From NCBI GenBank assembly GCA_021816765.1, contig JAKAXB010000011.1, positions 1,121 through 65,120 of the forward strand: 64,000 nucleotides of DNA, given 5' to 3'. Source of the DNA: Natronospirales bacterium (GTDB lineage Bacteria; Pseudomonadota; Gammaproteobacteria; Natronospirales; REEB76). Within the stretch, counting starts at the first letter, position 1; every line of letters begins with the position of its first letter. A model generated the notes under the pieces. It was given only the letters and a program-made list of their open reading frames with translations, was not told the DNA's origin and searched no databases. This document shows positions 41,154-49,893 of the stretch, piece by piece. The position numbers were made by a program, and so were the translations under genes.

Positions 41154-41681
41154 TTAAGCAGCCTGCTTCTGGTCGCGCACGGCAGCAACCGTGCGCACCA
41201 GCTTGGCGTGAGGCTCGGCCAAGGTACGGACGAACTTGGTGATCGGCGCCTGCATGACGCCCATGAGCATGGCAATGGCCTGCTCGCGGGTCGGCATCTT
41301 GGCAAGGCGATCGAGGTCTGACGCCGGCAAAAGCTTGCCACTCAGAGCCAGCGCCTTGACGATTAACAGTTCGTTGTCCTTGATGAAATCCTTCACTACC
41401 CGTGCGGCTGCGCCCGGATCCTCCTTCGAGAACGCCAAAATCAGCGGCCCCCTGAGAGCATCCTTAAGGCACTCGAACTCGGTGCCCGCGATGGCCTTCT
41501 TCGCCAAGGTGTTCTTCACGACCTTCAACCAGACACCGCCATTGCGCGCTTTGACGCGCAAGTTCGTGATCTGCTCGACGGTCAACCCGCGGTATTCGGC
41601 GGCGATGGCGGAATACGCCTTCGCTGCCACCGCGTTCACCTCGGCGACGAGAGCCTGCTTGTCTTCCAGTCTCATCGGCAC
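41154..41681 (-). CDS. rplJ: 50S ribosomal protein L10
   Basis: MRLEDKQALVAEVNAVAAKAYSAIAAEYRGLTVEQ. GTG at 41681 lies 7 nt after GGGAGGTGA. Confidence 0.96.
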   Translation of the reverse strand: MPMRLEDKQALVAEVNAVAAKAYSAIAAEYRGLTVEQITNLRVKARNGGVWLKVVKNTLAKKAIAGTEFECLKDALRGPLILAFSKEDPGAAARVVKDFIKDNELLIVKALALSGKLLPASDLDRLAKMPTREQAIAMLMGVMQAPITKFVRTLAEPHAKLVRTVAAVRDQKQAA

Positions 41682-41890
41682 GGATGTTCACCTCCCGGTT
41701 TGTACCGTTACACAAGACGCACATTCCTTCGTGCATCCACCCTACCCGCTTGCGTGGGCTCACGGTGACCAAACCAGGTAAACCCGATTCGGAGTCCACC
41801 GTCTGCGTGAGCCGGCGTCGTCGCCATTTAAGTGGCCTGTCGTCCTGACAAGCTACGCTCACGGTCTTTGACGTTGCCGTCGCCTTCGAT
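41682..41890 (-). promoter_or_regulatory. rplJ 5' leader region (expected L10 autoregulatory leader)
   Basis: 380-nt untranslated spacer upstream of rplJ. The position corresponds to the L10(L12)4-binding leader known from E. coli. The fold was not verified here. Confidence 0.4.
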
Positions 41891-42049
41891 GGTGAGGAAT
41901 CAGGGGTAAGGAGTGAGGCGTAAAACCCCGGGATCCGAACTCCGATTCAACTCTTCACAACCTGAAAGTCTTCGGCCACCTCAAATTCACAAACATGCCG
42001 GTGAAGAGTCAGCGGCGTTACTCCTCACGCTCTGCCCCTCACCCTTCAC
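41891..42049 (-). repeat. GTGAGG/CCTCAC structured intergenic element, copy B (rplA-rplJ spacer)
   Basis: Left arm GGTGAGGAATCAGGGGTAAGGAGTGAGGCGTAA; right arm TTACTCCTCACGCTCTGCCCCTCACCCTTCAC. Nested inner pair ACTCTTCAC (41950-41958) with GTGAAGAGT (42001-42009). Confidence 0.65.
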
Positions 42050-42084
42050 ATCAGAACTCACTCACATTGTGAGTGAGTTCTGAT
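42050..42084. repeat. perfect 16-bp-arm palindrome spanning the rplA stop codon
   Basis: ATCAGAACTCACTCAC-ATT-GTGAGTGAGTTCTGAT. The right arm encodes the last L1 residues (DQNSLT); the stop codon (42062-42064) lies in the left arm. Confidence 0.95.
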
Positions 42085-42757
42085 CTATGACGATGCCCGG
42101 CCCCATGGTGGAGGACACGGTCACCTTCTTGAGATACACGCCTTTCGCGGTTGGCGGCTTTACCTTGTTGATATCGGTGAGCAGCGCGTGCAGGTTTTCC
42201 TTCAGGGCATGCGTCTCGAAATCCGCCTTGCCGATGCTGCAATGCACGATGCCGGCCTTGTCGGCGCGGTAGCGCACTTGGCCGGCCTTGGCGTTCTTGA
42301 CTGCGCCGGCCACGTCCGCCGTCACGGTGCCGACCTTGGGATTCGGCATCAGGCCGCGGGGACCCAGTATCTGTCCCAACTGGCCGACGACGCGCATGGC
42401 ATCGGGGCTTGCGATCACCACGTCGAAATCCATCTGGCCGGCCTTGACCTTCTCGGCGAGATCCTCGAAACCGACGATGTCCGCACCGGCTTTCTTCGCC
42501 GCCTCGGCGTTATTGCCCTGGGCGAATACCGCCACGCGCACACTCTTGCCGGTGCCGTGGGGCAGCACAGTGGAACCGCGCACCACCTGGTCGGACTTCT
42601 TGGCATCGATGCCCAAATTTATGGCGACGTCCACGGATTCGCAAAACTTCACCTTGGAAAACTCTTTAATAAGCGAGATTGCTTCATCCACCGCGTACTG
42701 CTTGCCCGGTGCGAGCTTTCCCTTGATTGCGCGTAAGCGCTTGCCTGGCTTTGCCAT
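42062..42757 (-). CDS. rplA: 50S ribosomal protein L1
   Basis: [57 protein letters not shown]. Confidence 0.97.
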   Translation of the reverse strand: MAKPGKRLRAIKGKLAPGKQYAVDEAISLIKEFSKVKFCESVDVAINLGIDAKKSDQVVRGSTVLPHGTGKSVRVAVFAQGNNAEAAKKAGADIVGFEDLAEKVKAGQMDFDVVIASPDAMRVVGQLGQILGPRGLMPNPKVGTVTADVAGAVKNAKAGQVRYRADKAGIVHCSIGKADFETHALKENLHALLTDINKVKPPTAKGVYLKKVTVSSTMGPGIVIDQNSLTM

Positions 42758-43189
42758 TTACAGACCCTCCACATCCACGCCCATGCTGCGGGCACTGCCC
42801 GCGATGGTGCGTACCGCCGCATCGAGATCCGTCGCCGTGATGTCCGGCATCTTGATTTTGGCGATCTCCTCGAGCTGCTTGCGGGTGATCTTACCCACCT
42901 TGTTGGTGTTGGGCGTGGCGCTGCCTTTCTCCAGACCGATGGCCTTGCGGATCAGTACCGAGGCGGGCGGGGTCTTGGTCACGAAGGTGAAACTGCGGTC
43001 GCTGTAGACTGAGATCACCACCGGAGTCGGCAGACCTTGCTCGAGCTTCTGCGTTTGTGCGTTGAACGCTTTGCAGAACTCCATGATGTTGACACCCTGC
43101 TGACCCAGCGCCGGACCCACAGGCGGGCTCGGATTTGCCTGGCCCGCAGGGATCTGCAGTTTGACGATTGCCTGAAGTTTCTTTGCCAT
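42758..43189 (-). CDS. rplK: 50S ribosomal protein L11
   Basis: [46 protein letters not shown] at 43189 lies 7 nt after GGAG; the track start at 43192 is TTG. Confidence 0.97.
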   Translation of the reverse strand: MAKKLQAIVKLQIPAGQANPSPPVGPALGQQGVNIMEFCKAFNAQTQKLEQGLPTPVVISVYSDRSFTFVTKTPPASVLIRKAIGLEKGSATPNTNKVGKITRKQLEEIAKIKMPDITATDLDAAVRTIAGSARSMGVDVEGL

Positions 43190-43239
43190 CAACTCTCTCC
43201 TGTGGGTGCTAGCGCCTGTTTATTGCAGGCTCCCCGTTA

Positions 43240-43411
43240 GGGAGGTGAAGCGTGAGGGGTAAGGGGCGAGGAGCAACCCGCTCCCGACGCCGCCTTCTCT
43301 CAGGTCTTCACCACCAACGGCCAACCCCATAACGGGGCTGAACCAGATTCCCGGAGACCGGCGCGAAAGCGAGGTCTGAATCCTCACTCTTCACACCTGA
43401 CTCCTCACTAC
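43240..43411 (-). repeat. GTGAGG/CCTCAC structured intergenic element, copy C (nusG-rplK spacer)
   Basis: Left arm GGGAGGTGAAGCGTGAGGGGTAAGGGGCGAGGAGCAACC; right arm GAATCCTCACTCTTCACACCTGACTCCTCACTAC. 43244-43257 can pair with 43382-43397. Confidence 0.65.
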
Positions 43412-43412
43412 T

Positions 43413-43439
43413 GTCGAAAAATCGTTACGATTTTTCGAC
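43413..43439. repeat. perfect 12-bp-arm palindrome centred exactly on the nusG stop codon
   Basis: GTCGAAAAATCG-TTA-CGATTTTTCGAC. The 3-nt centre is the TAA stop (revcomp). The right arm encodes the last NusG residues (VEKS). Confidence 0.95.
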
Positions 43440-43958
43440 CTGACTGAATTCCAGTTCCACCGGCGTCGAGCGGCCGAAAATGAGCACCGCTACGCGCAGC
43501 CGGTTCTTTTCGTAGTTCACTTCCTCGACCACACCGTTGAAATCGTTGAACGGTCCGTGGGTCACGCGCACCACTTCGCCAGGTTCGAACAAGACCTTCG
43601 GTCTTGGTTTTTCGGCGCCTTCCTGCACCCGATGCAGGATGGCATCCGCCTCCTTGTCGGTGATGGGCGCGGGTTTGTCGGGCGTGCCGCCGATAAAACC
43701 CATGACTTTGGGCACGCTCTTCACCAGATGCCAGGTCTCGTCATCCAGCTCCATCTGCACCAGCACATAGCCGGGGAAGAACTTGCGCTCACTGCGGCGT
43801 TTCTGACCCTCGCGCATTTCCACCACTTCCTCGGTGGGCACCAGGATTTCACCGAATTTATCGGTGAAACCGCTGCGTTTCACCCGCTCGCCCAGTGAAC
43901 GTTTCACCGACTGCTCAAAACCGGAATACGCATGCACCACATACCAGCGCAACGCCAT
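43425..43958 (-). CDS. nusG: transcription termination/antitermination factor NusG
   Basis: [26 protein letters not shown]... plus a KOW region. Confidence 0.97.
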   Translation of the reverse strand: MALRWYVVHAYSGFEQSVKRSLGERVKRSGFTDKFGEILVPTEEVVEMREGQKRRSERKFFPGYVLVQMELDDETWHLVKSVPKVMGFIGGTPDKPAPITDKEADAILHRVQEGAEKPRPKVLFEPGEVVRVTHGPFNDFNGVVEEVNYEKNRLRVAVLIFGRSTPVELEFSQVEKS

Positions 43959-43961
43959 GCC

Positions 43962-44339
43962 TCAACTCCCCTGCCCTGTCAGGCCATGCAGGGCCCAGAA
44001 CAGGAAAATATCCAGCAGCCACATGAGCACGCCGGTAGCTATCACCACCACAATCACCGCGACCGTGGTCTGAAAGGTTTCCTCGCGGGTGGGCCATACC
44101 ATCTTGCGCACTTCATTGCGCGAACTCTGCAGGAAATTCCAGGCATTGCGGCCGAGCCGTGTCTGCGAGGCAAGCAGAAGCGCCAGTACCAGGCCGATAA
44201 TCACATATACAGTGCGCAGCCAGCCCGCCTGGGCGCCGAACCAGTAGTACGCAACGATGCCGGCGATGATCAGCACAACCGAGCCGATCAGCTTGGCCGT
44301 ATCCAGGCCGCTGCTTTTTGTTTCCGGTGTCTCGCTCAT
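43962..44339 (-). CDS. secE: preprotein translocase subunit SecE
   Basis: Three TM segments; C-terminal SRNEVRKMVWPTREETFQTTVAVIVVV. Confidence 0.93.
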   Translation of the reverse strand: MSETPETKSSGLDTAKLIGSVVLIIAGIVAYYWFGAQAGWLRTVYVIIGLVLALLLASQTRLGRNAWNFLQSSRNEVRKMVWPTREETFQTTVAVIVVVIATGVLMWLLDIFLFWALHGLTGQGS

Positions 44340-44374
44340 TTACCCACTAACCTGTTGCGTGCCCTGGCTCAAAC

Positions 44375-44450
44375 TGGCAGGCCAGGAGGGAATCGAACCC
44401 CCAACCTGCGGTTTTGGAGACCGCCGCTCTGCCAATTGAGCTACTGGCCT
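44375..44450 (-). tRNA. tRNA-Trp (anticodon CCA)
   Basis: Revcomp: AGGCCAGTAGCTCAATTGGCAGAGCGGCGGTCTCCAAAACCGCAGGTTGGGGGTTCGATTCCCTCCTGGCCTGCCA. Cloverleaf arms, CT-CCA-AA anticodon loop, encoded CCA. Confidence 0.93.
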
Positions 44451-44524
44451 GTTTCAAATCTGTCTTAACCAACCATCCCTGGTGCGTTGACCGGCCTGGA
44501 CACCCCTGTCCGGGCGCTCGCCGG

Positions 44525-44549
44525 GAAATTGGTCCACTGGACCAATTTC
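44525..44549. repeat. perfect 12-bp-arm palindrome in the tufB-tRNA-Trp spacer
   Basis: GAAATTGGTCCA-C-TGGACCAATTTC. Confidence 0.9.
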
Positions 44550-44563
44550 TACTTCCCGCTCGC

Positions 44564-44595
44564 CCGCCGCTCTGCCAATTGAGCTACTGGCCTGT
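44564..44595 (-). repeat. duplicated 5' half of tRNA-Trp (32-bp perfect copy of 44421-44452); tRNA fragment
   Basis: CCGCCGCTCTGCCAATTGAGCTACTGGCCTGT occurs twice, 143 bp apart. It covers the acceptor 5' strand, the D-arm and the 5' side of the anticodon stem, plus 2 nt upstream. Confidence 0.9.
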
Positions 44596-44674
44596 ACCTT
44601 CCGCTCTCGTAGTACCGCGTACCGCGTGAAATCCTGCTTTTTCCCACGCAATACTCGGCACTGAGTACCCAGCA

Positions 44675-45865
<1,191 letters not shown>

Positions 45866-45931
45866 GGTGATTCTCCGTATTGATTGCCGTTGCGATCTAC
45901 ACTTCAGCCCGCACCTGCGGGTCATCACGCC

Positions 45932-46007
45932 TGGAGCCCATGACCGGAATCGAACCGGTGACCTCGTCCTTACCAAGGACGTGCTCTGCCGACTGAGCTA
46001 CATGGGC
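45932..46007 (-). tRNA. tRNA-Thr (anticodon GGT)
   Basis: Revcomp: GCCCATGTAGCTCAGTCGGCAGAGCACGTCCTTGGTAAGGACGAGGTCACCGGTTCGATTCCGGTCATGGGCTCCA. Confidence 0.93.
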
Positions 46008-46042
46008 GATCTAAACCGTCACCTCATCAACCCATTTGATTC

Positions 46043-46116
<74 letters not shown>

Positions 46117-46175
46117 TGCATTCGGCGCTGTGTCACCCGAACCCGCCATCCAGGGGTGCTCGAAACTCAACTTTC

Positions 46176-46262
46176 TGGTGGAGGGGGAAGGATTCGAACC
46201 TTCGTAGGCGTGAAGCCAGCAGATTTACAGTCTGCCCTCGTTGGCCGCTTGAGTACCCCTCC
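46176..46262 (-). tRNA. tRNA-Tyr (anticodon GTA), long variable arm
   Basis: Revcomp: GGAGGGGTACTCAAGCGGCCAACGAGGGCAGACTGTAAATCTGCTGGCTTCACGCCTACGAAGGTTCGAATCCTTCCCCCTCCACCA. Confidence 0.9.
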
Positions 46263-46278
46263 ACGGACGAAGCCGCGA

Positions 46279-46308
46279 ATTGTCTGATAAACCACGGAAT
46301 TGTGTCAA
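46279..46308 (-). promoter_or_regulatory. candidate promoter of the tRNA-Tyr-Gly-Thr-tufB operon with GC-rich discriminator
   Basis: Minus strand: TTGACA-N18-GACAAT-TCGCGGC, about 16 nt before the tRNA-Tyr 5' end. The GC-rich discriminator is typical of stringently controlled stable-RNA promoters. Confidence 0.45.
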
Positions 46309-46831
46309 CCGGCAGGCATATTTAGGCGGCTTTCCCCATGATTCCGGCACTCCCTGAAACCTGCTCTCGGCCCATCCTCCCTATTTCGCGCGTTTCGCGC
46401 GATTGGAGCTAAGCCAGTGCCTTGGATAGATTGTTGGAAAGGCCCTGCCCGCCCCCCGAGGTGCGGTGTGCTGTACCGGGCCCTGCCTAGTTCAACTCGC
46501 TGCGGCATGGCGCATTTCCCGTGGTGTGCCCTGCCCACGGGGAGCCCGGCCCGGCTGGCCCTGAGCGGGCGTGGCTGCATCGCTCACCCGCACCTGACTC
46601 CGGTGCCGCGGCGCCAAACCGGGAGCCCGGGGTGACCGGCCCGATCATACCCAAAGGCAGCAGGCATTCAGTGGAACAGTAATCTGTCATCGCCTGACCG
46701 CCCCGGCGCTGCGGGTTGTACACGTCCGACGGTCGTCAATCTCCATTGCGGGATCGGGGTGATTCGGCCCTGTCCCTGCAAAGATGCGTGGCGGATCAGC
46801 TCATGCCACCGCTCAATACTGCGCGTGTGAA

Positions 46832-47713
46832 TCAGAAGTTGCGCGGCCGTTTGAGCAGCAGCCTCGCGCCAGTATTGATAAGCAGCACTGCGACGATAAC
46901 CAGGAATGCCGCAGCGAACGCCAGCGCGTGCGCGGACTCAAACGGCTGATTGATGAAACTCCAGATTACATAGGTCAGATAACCGATAGGTTCCCGGATC
47001 AGGTGGCCATTCCACAGATAGTTGGACCAGCCTGCCGTGTAAATAAGTGGAGCGGTTTCGCCCACCGAGATGGCCATGGACAACAGAATGCCCGTCAGCA
47101 CACCCGGCCATGCGATGGGGAAAACAATGCGAGCCACCACCCGTATCTCCGACGTCCCCAGGGCGTATCCTGCTTCGCGGAGTTCATGGCGCACCTGCAG
47201 CAGGCTCAGCTCCGTGAAACGGGCGATGTAGGGCACAATCATCATCGCCAGTGTGATGGTTCCCGCGAGAACGGAAAATTGCCAACCTAGCGTCACCACC
47301 ATGGTGACATAGGAAAAATATCCGAGCACGATCGAGGGTACGCCCGTCAGTACATCGCCCAGAAACCGCACGATCTTGCTGAATCCGCCATGACCGAACT
47401 CCGAAAGGTAAACCCCCGCCGCCACGCCGATCGGAGTGCCGATAATCAGAGCACCGGCTGTCAGCACCAGTGTTCCGGTAATCGCGTTCAGCAACCCGCC
47501 ACTGATGCCGTTGGTCACCTGGGTAAACAGATCAACCGAAAAGGCAGCGAGTCCGTCTTTGATAATGACGTACAGAATATCCAGAAGCGGAATTGCAACC
47601 AGCAGAAACGCGATGCCACAGAGTATCCATCCCATCAAGCTCACCAGCCGGCGCGGGTTTAGTCGCTGTAATCGGACCGGCAGGCTAATTATGGACTGCA
47701 CGGCCAAACCCAC
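46832..47713 (-). CDS. pstA: phosphate ABC transporter permease PstA
   Basis: Multi-TM ABC permease with C-terminal ...FINQPFESAHALAFAAAFLVIVAVLLINTGARLLLKR. The GTG start at 47713 is uncertain. Confidence 0.9.
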   Translation of the reverse strand: MGLAVQSIISLPVRLQRLNPRRLVSLMGWILCGIAFLLVAIPLLDILYVIIKDGLAAFSVDLFTQVTNGISGGLLNAITGTLVLTAGALIIGTPIGVAAGVYLSEFGHGGFSKIVRFLGDVLTGVPSIVLGYFSYVTMVVTLGWQFSVLAGTITLAMMIVPYIARFTELSLLQVRHELREAGYALGTSEIRVVARIVFPIAWPGVLTGILLSMAISVGETAPLIYTAGWSNYLWNGHLIREPIGYLTYVIWSFINQPFESAHALAFAAAFLVIVAVLLINTGARLLLKRPRNF

Positions 47714-48650
47714 CCGTCAACAACCGGGCTATGACGTTGACGATCACGGCAATCAGAAAAAGCACCAGAGCGATTTCTGCGAGTGACCGCACAGCCATGC
47801 CGGTGGGATCCCCGAGTGCGCTGTCGAGCTGCGAGGCAATGAACGACGCCATGGTACTGATCGGGCTATAAATGTTGTTGGGAAGATAGTTGAGGGCGCC
47901 GCCGCTCAGCATGAGCACCGCCATGGTCTCGCCCAGGGCGCGCCCCAGCCCGAGTATGATTGCGCCGATCAAGCTGGTGCGTATCATCGGCAACATGGCC
48001 TTCCACACCACCTCAAAACGCATTGCCCCCAAGGCGTAGGCCGCCTCTTTGGCCTCGCGGGAGATGCCCTGCAGCGCCTCGCTTACCGTGGCCGTGATCA
48101 CCGGCACGACCATCAGGGCGAGCACCAGGGATGACGACAGCAGGCCATAGCCGCTGCCCACGGGCCCTGCAAAAAATGGAATGAACCCGAGCAGGTGCGC
48201 CAGGTCAGGCGCAAGATGATGCGCCACAAATGGTATCAGGACTGCGAAGCCCCACAGGCCATAAACCACGCTGGGAACACCAGCCAGCAATTCAACGATG
48301 AGCGACAGGACTGGCCGGGAACCTGGTGGTACACCTTCCGCGAGAAAAATCGCCACGCCGAGACTGACCGGAACAGCCAACAGCAGTGCGATCAGGGATG
48401 ACACCAGCGTACCCATGATAAAAACCAGAATTCCGTAATTTGCACCGACCGGAACGGAAAGACCATGCACCATCACCGGGTTCGCGTACAGATTGCCGAG
48501 GCTCCAGGTTTTCCCCAGCAGAAAATGCACGCCGTTGAAAAGGATCGCGGACCAGGAATAATGCGTGAGGAAGATCAGTATCGCCAGCAACGCCACCGGG
48601 ATAAGGCTCGTAAGACACAGCAACACCAGGCGGAAGATGCTGATTTTCAT
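47685..48650 (-). CDS. pstC: phosphate ABC transporter permease PstC
   Basis: Multi-TM permease with EAAYALGA motif, downstream of pstS. Confidence 0.92.
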   Translation of the reverse strand: MKISIFRLVLLCLTSLIPVALLAILIFLTHYSWSAILFNGVHFLLGKTWSLGNLYANPVMVHGLSVPVGANYGILVFIMGTLVSSLIALLLAVPVSLGVAIFLAEGVPPGSRPVLSLIVELLAGVPSVVYGLWGFAVLIPFVAHHLAPDLAHLLGFIPFFAGPVGSGYGLLSSSLVLALMVVPVITATVSEALQGISREAKEAAYALGAMRFEVVWKAMLPMIRTSLIGAIILGLGRALGETMAVLMLSGGALNYLPNNIYSPISTMASFIASQLDSALGDPTGMAVRSLAEIALVLFLIAVIVNVIARLLTGGFGRAVHN

Positions 48651-48702
48651 GACTTGAAAAACAAATGCCCCCGGCCGAACCAGCCGGGGGCATTGTATCA
48701 GA

Positions 48703-49794
48703 TCAATGAATGGACTTGATCTGCTTGATGCTCAACTCGGAAATGCGCGCCGGCAATGGGATAAAGTTCACCTGATTCAGGTACTTTGGCGCGTTGCCGT
48801 AACGATGATCAACGGCCCAGAGCAGGAATTCCCGCACCGCCGTGGCCACCCTGGTGTTCGCTTGACGCTGGTTCACGATCGCATATTCATAATTGATGAT
48901 CGGATAGGATTCCTCGCCCGGAGCGAAAATCAGGCTGATGCGTTCATCAGCCGGCGTCTTGGCCACGAGCTCGGCGGCTGCCGCACCGACAGTGCGCGGA
49001 TTCGGCAACAGGAAACGCCCTGCCCGGTTCTCCAGCCGCGCGGTACCCAAACCCGCCTTGGCGATCTCGGCGTGAAAGCTCACCCCGATGTAGGCAATCG
49101 AGTACGGGTTCTGCTGCGAAGCCTGCACCATGCCGGGATTGCCGATGGCACCGATGCCGCCCCGCACCGCCGGCCAGCTGATGCTGGTGCCGTAGCCGAC
49201 CGAGTTATTCCAGCTCGGCGTGGAGAACGCCAGGTATTGCGAGAAGATGAACGTATCGCCACTGCCATCGGTGCGATGGATGGGGATAATCATTTGATGC
49301 GGAAGTTTGATTCCGGGATTCAGTTTCCGGATTGCCGCATCATTCCAATACTGAATATGGCCGCTGTAGATACCCGCGAGCACCGGGCCATCCAGTTTCA
49401 GATGCGTCTTGTTGAGACCGGGTATGTTGTAGTTGACCGTCTGTGCCGAGATGGCCAGCGGGATGTTCAGGATATCCGGGCTCTGCTTCATCTGACCATC
49501 GCTCATGTAGGCATCTGACGCGCCGATCTGGGCGATACCGGCGATAGCCTGGGCAATGCCGGTGCCGCTGCCCGTGCCCTGCGTGGTAATACGAACATCC
49601 GGATGCGCGCGCGTGTAATCCGGTACCCAGAGATTGAACAATGGATACAGCAGGGTTGAACCCGTTTCCAGAAGATTGACCTTGTCTGCCGCCTGCGCCC
49701 CCATCATCGGTCCGGCTACGCCAAGCAACGTGACCGCGGCGGCGCACAGACAAGCGATGGGTTTGCTTCCCAATTTGCTAAGGTACTTCTTCAT
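48703..49794 (-). CDS. pstS: phosphate ABC transporter substrate-binding protein PstS
   Basis: Signal peptide, then LLETGSTLLYPLFNLWVPDY...TTQGTGSGTGIAQAIAGIAQIGASDAYMSD. Confidence 0.93.
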   Translation of the reverse strand: MKKYLSKLGSKPIACLCAAAVTLLGVAGPMMGAQAADKVNLLETGSTLLYPLFNLWVPDYTRAHPDVRITTQGTGSGTGIAQAIAGIAQIGASDAYMSDGQMKQSPDILNIPLAISAQTVNYNIPGLNKTHLKLDGPVLAGIYSGHIQYWNDAAIRKLNPGIKLPHQMIIPIHRTDGSGDTFIFSQYLAFSTPSWNNSVGYGTSISWPAVRGGIGAIGNPGMVQASQQNPYSIAYIGVSFHAEIAKAGLGTARLENRAGRFLLPNPRTVGAAAAELVAKTPADERISLIFAPGEESYPIINYEYAIVNQRQANTRVATAVREFLLWAVDHRYGNAPKYLNQVNFIPLPARISELSIKQIKSIH

Positions 49795-49893
49795 GATCTC
49801 TCCTCTCGACTGGCTGAATAAGTAATTGGATTGCTCGCAAGTGGATAATCAGTGTTTGCCGCTCGCCGGTACTGCTAATGCCCCACGTGGCGC

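Noticed and set aside
41682-41890. Treating the whole 380-nt rplA-rplJ spacer, or the nusG-rplK spacer, as just the known L10 or L1 autoregulatory leaders.
   Set aside because: This does not explain the shared GTGAGG/CCTCAC arms, which also occur in the fusA-tuf spacer where no such leader is known. The rplJ-proximal part is still annotated as the probable L10 leader at low confidence.
45866-45976. Extended 433-aa tuf ORF (44675..45976).
   Set aside because: The extension overlaps tRNA-Thr(GGU). The other copy shows that the real start is the GTG preceded by GGAGAA at the equivalent position (45865).
46305-46723. ORFs 46305-46580 and 46487-46723 as possible genes or a pstB remnant. Also considered: RNase P, SRP, tmRNA or a tRNA in this tract.
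   Set aside because: The translations are low-complexity. No Walker A/B or ABC signature is present. I could not find GAGGAAAGTCC (RNase P), the SRP GGAA/AGCA motif, tmRNA ends or a T-loop GGTTCGAATCC. The tract is kept only as an unexplained non-coding region.
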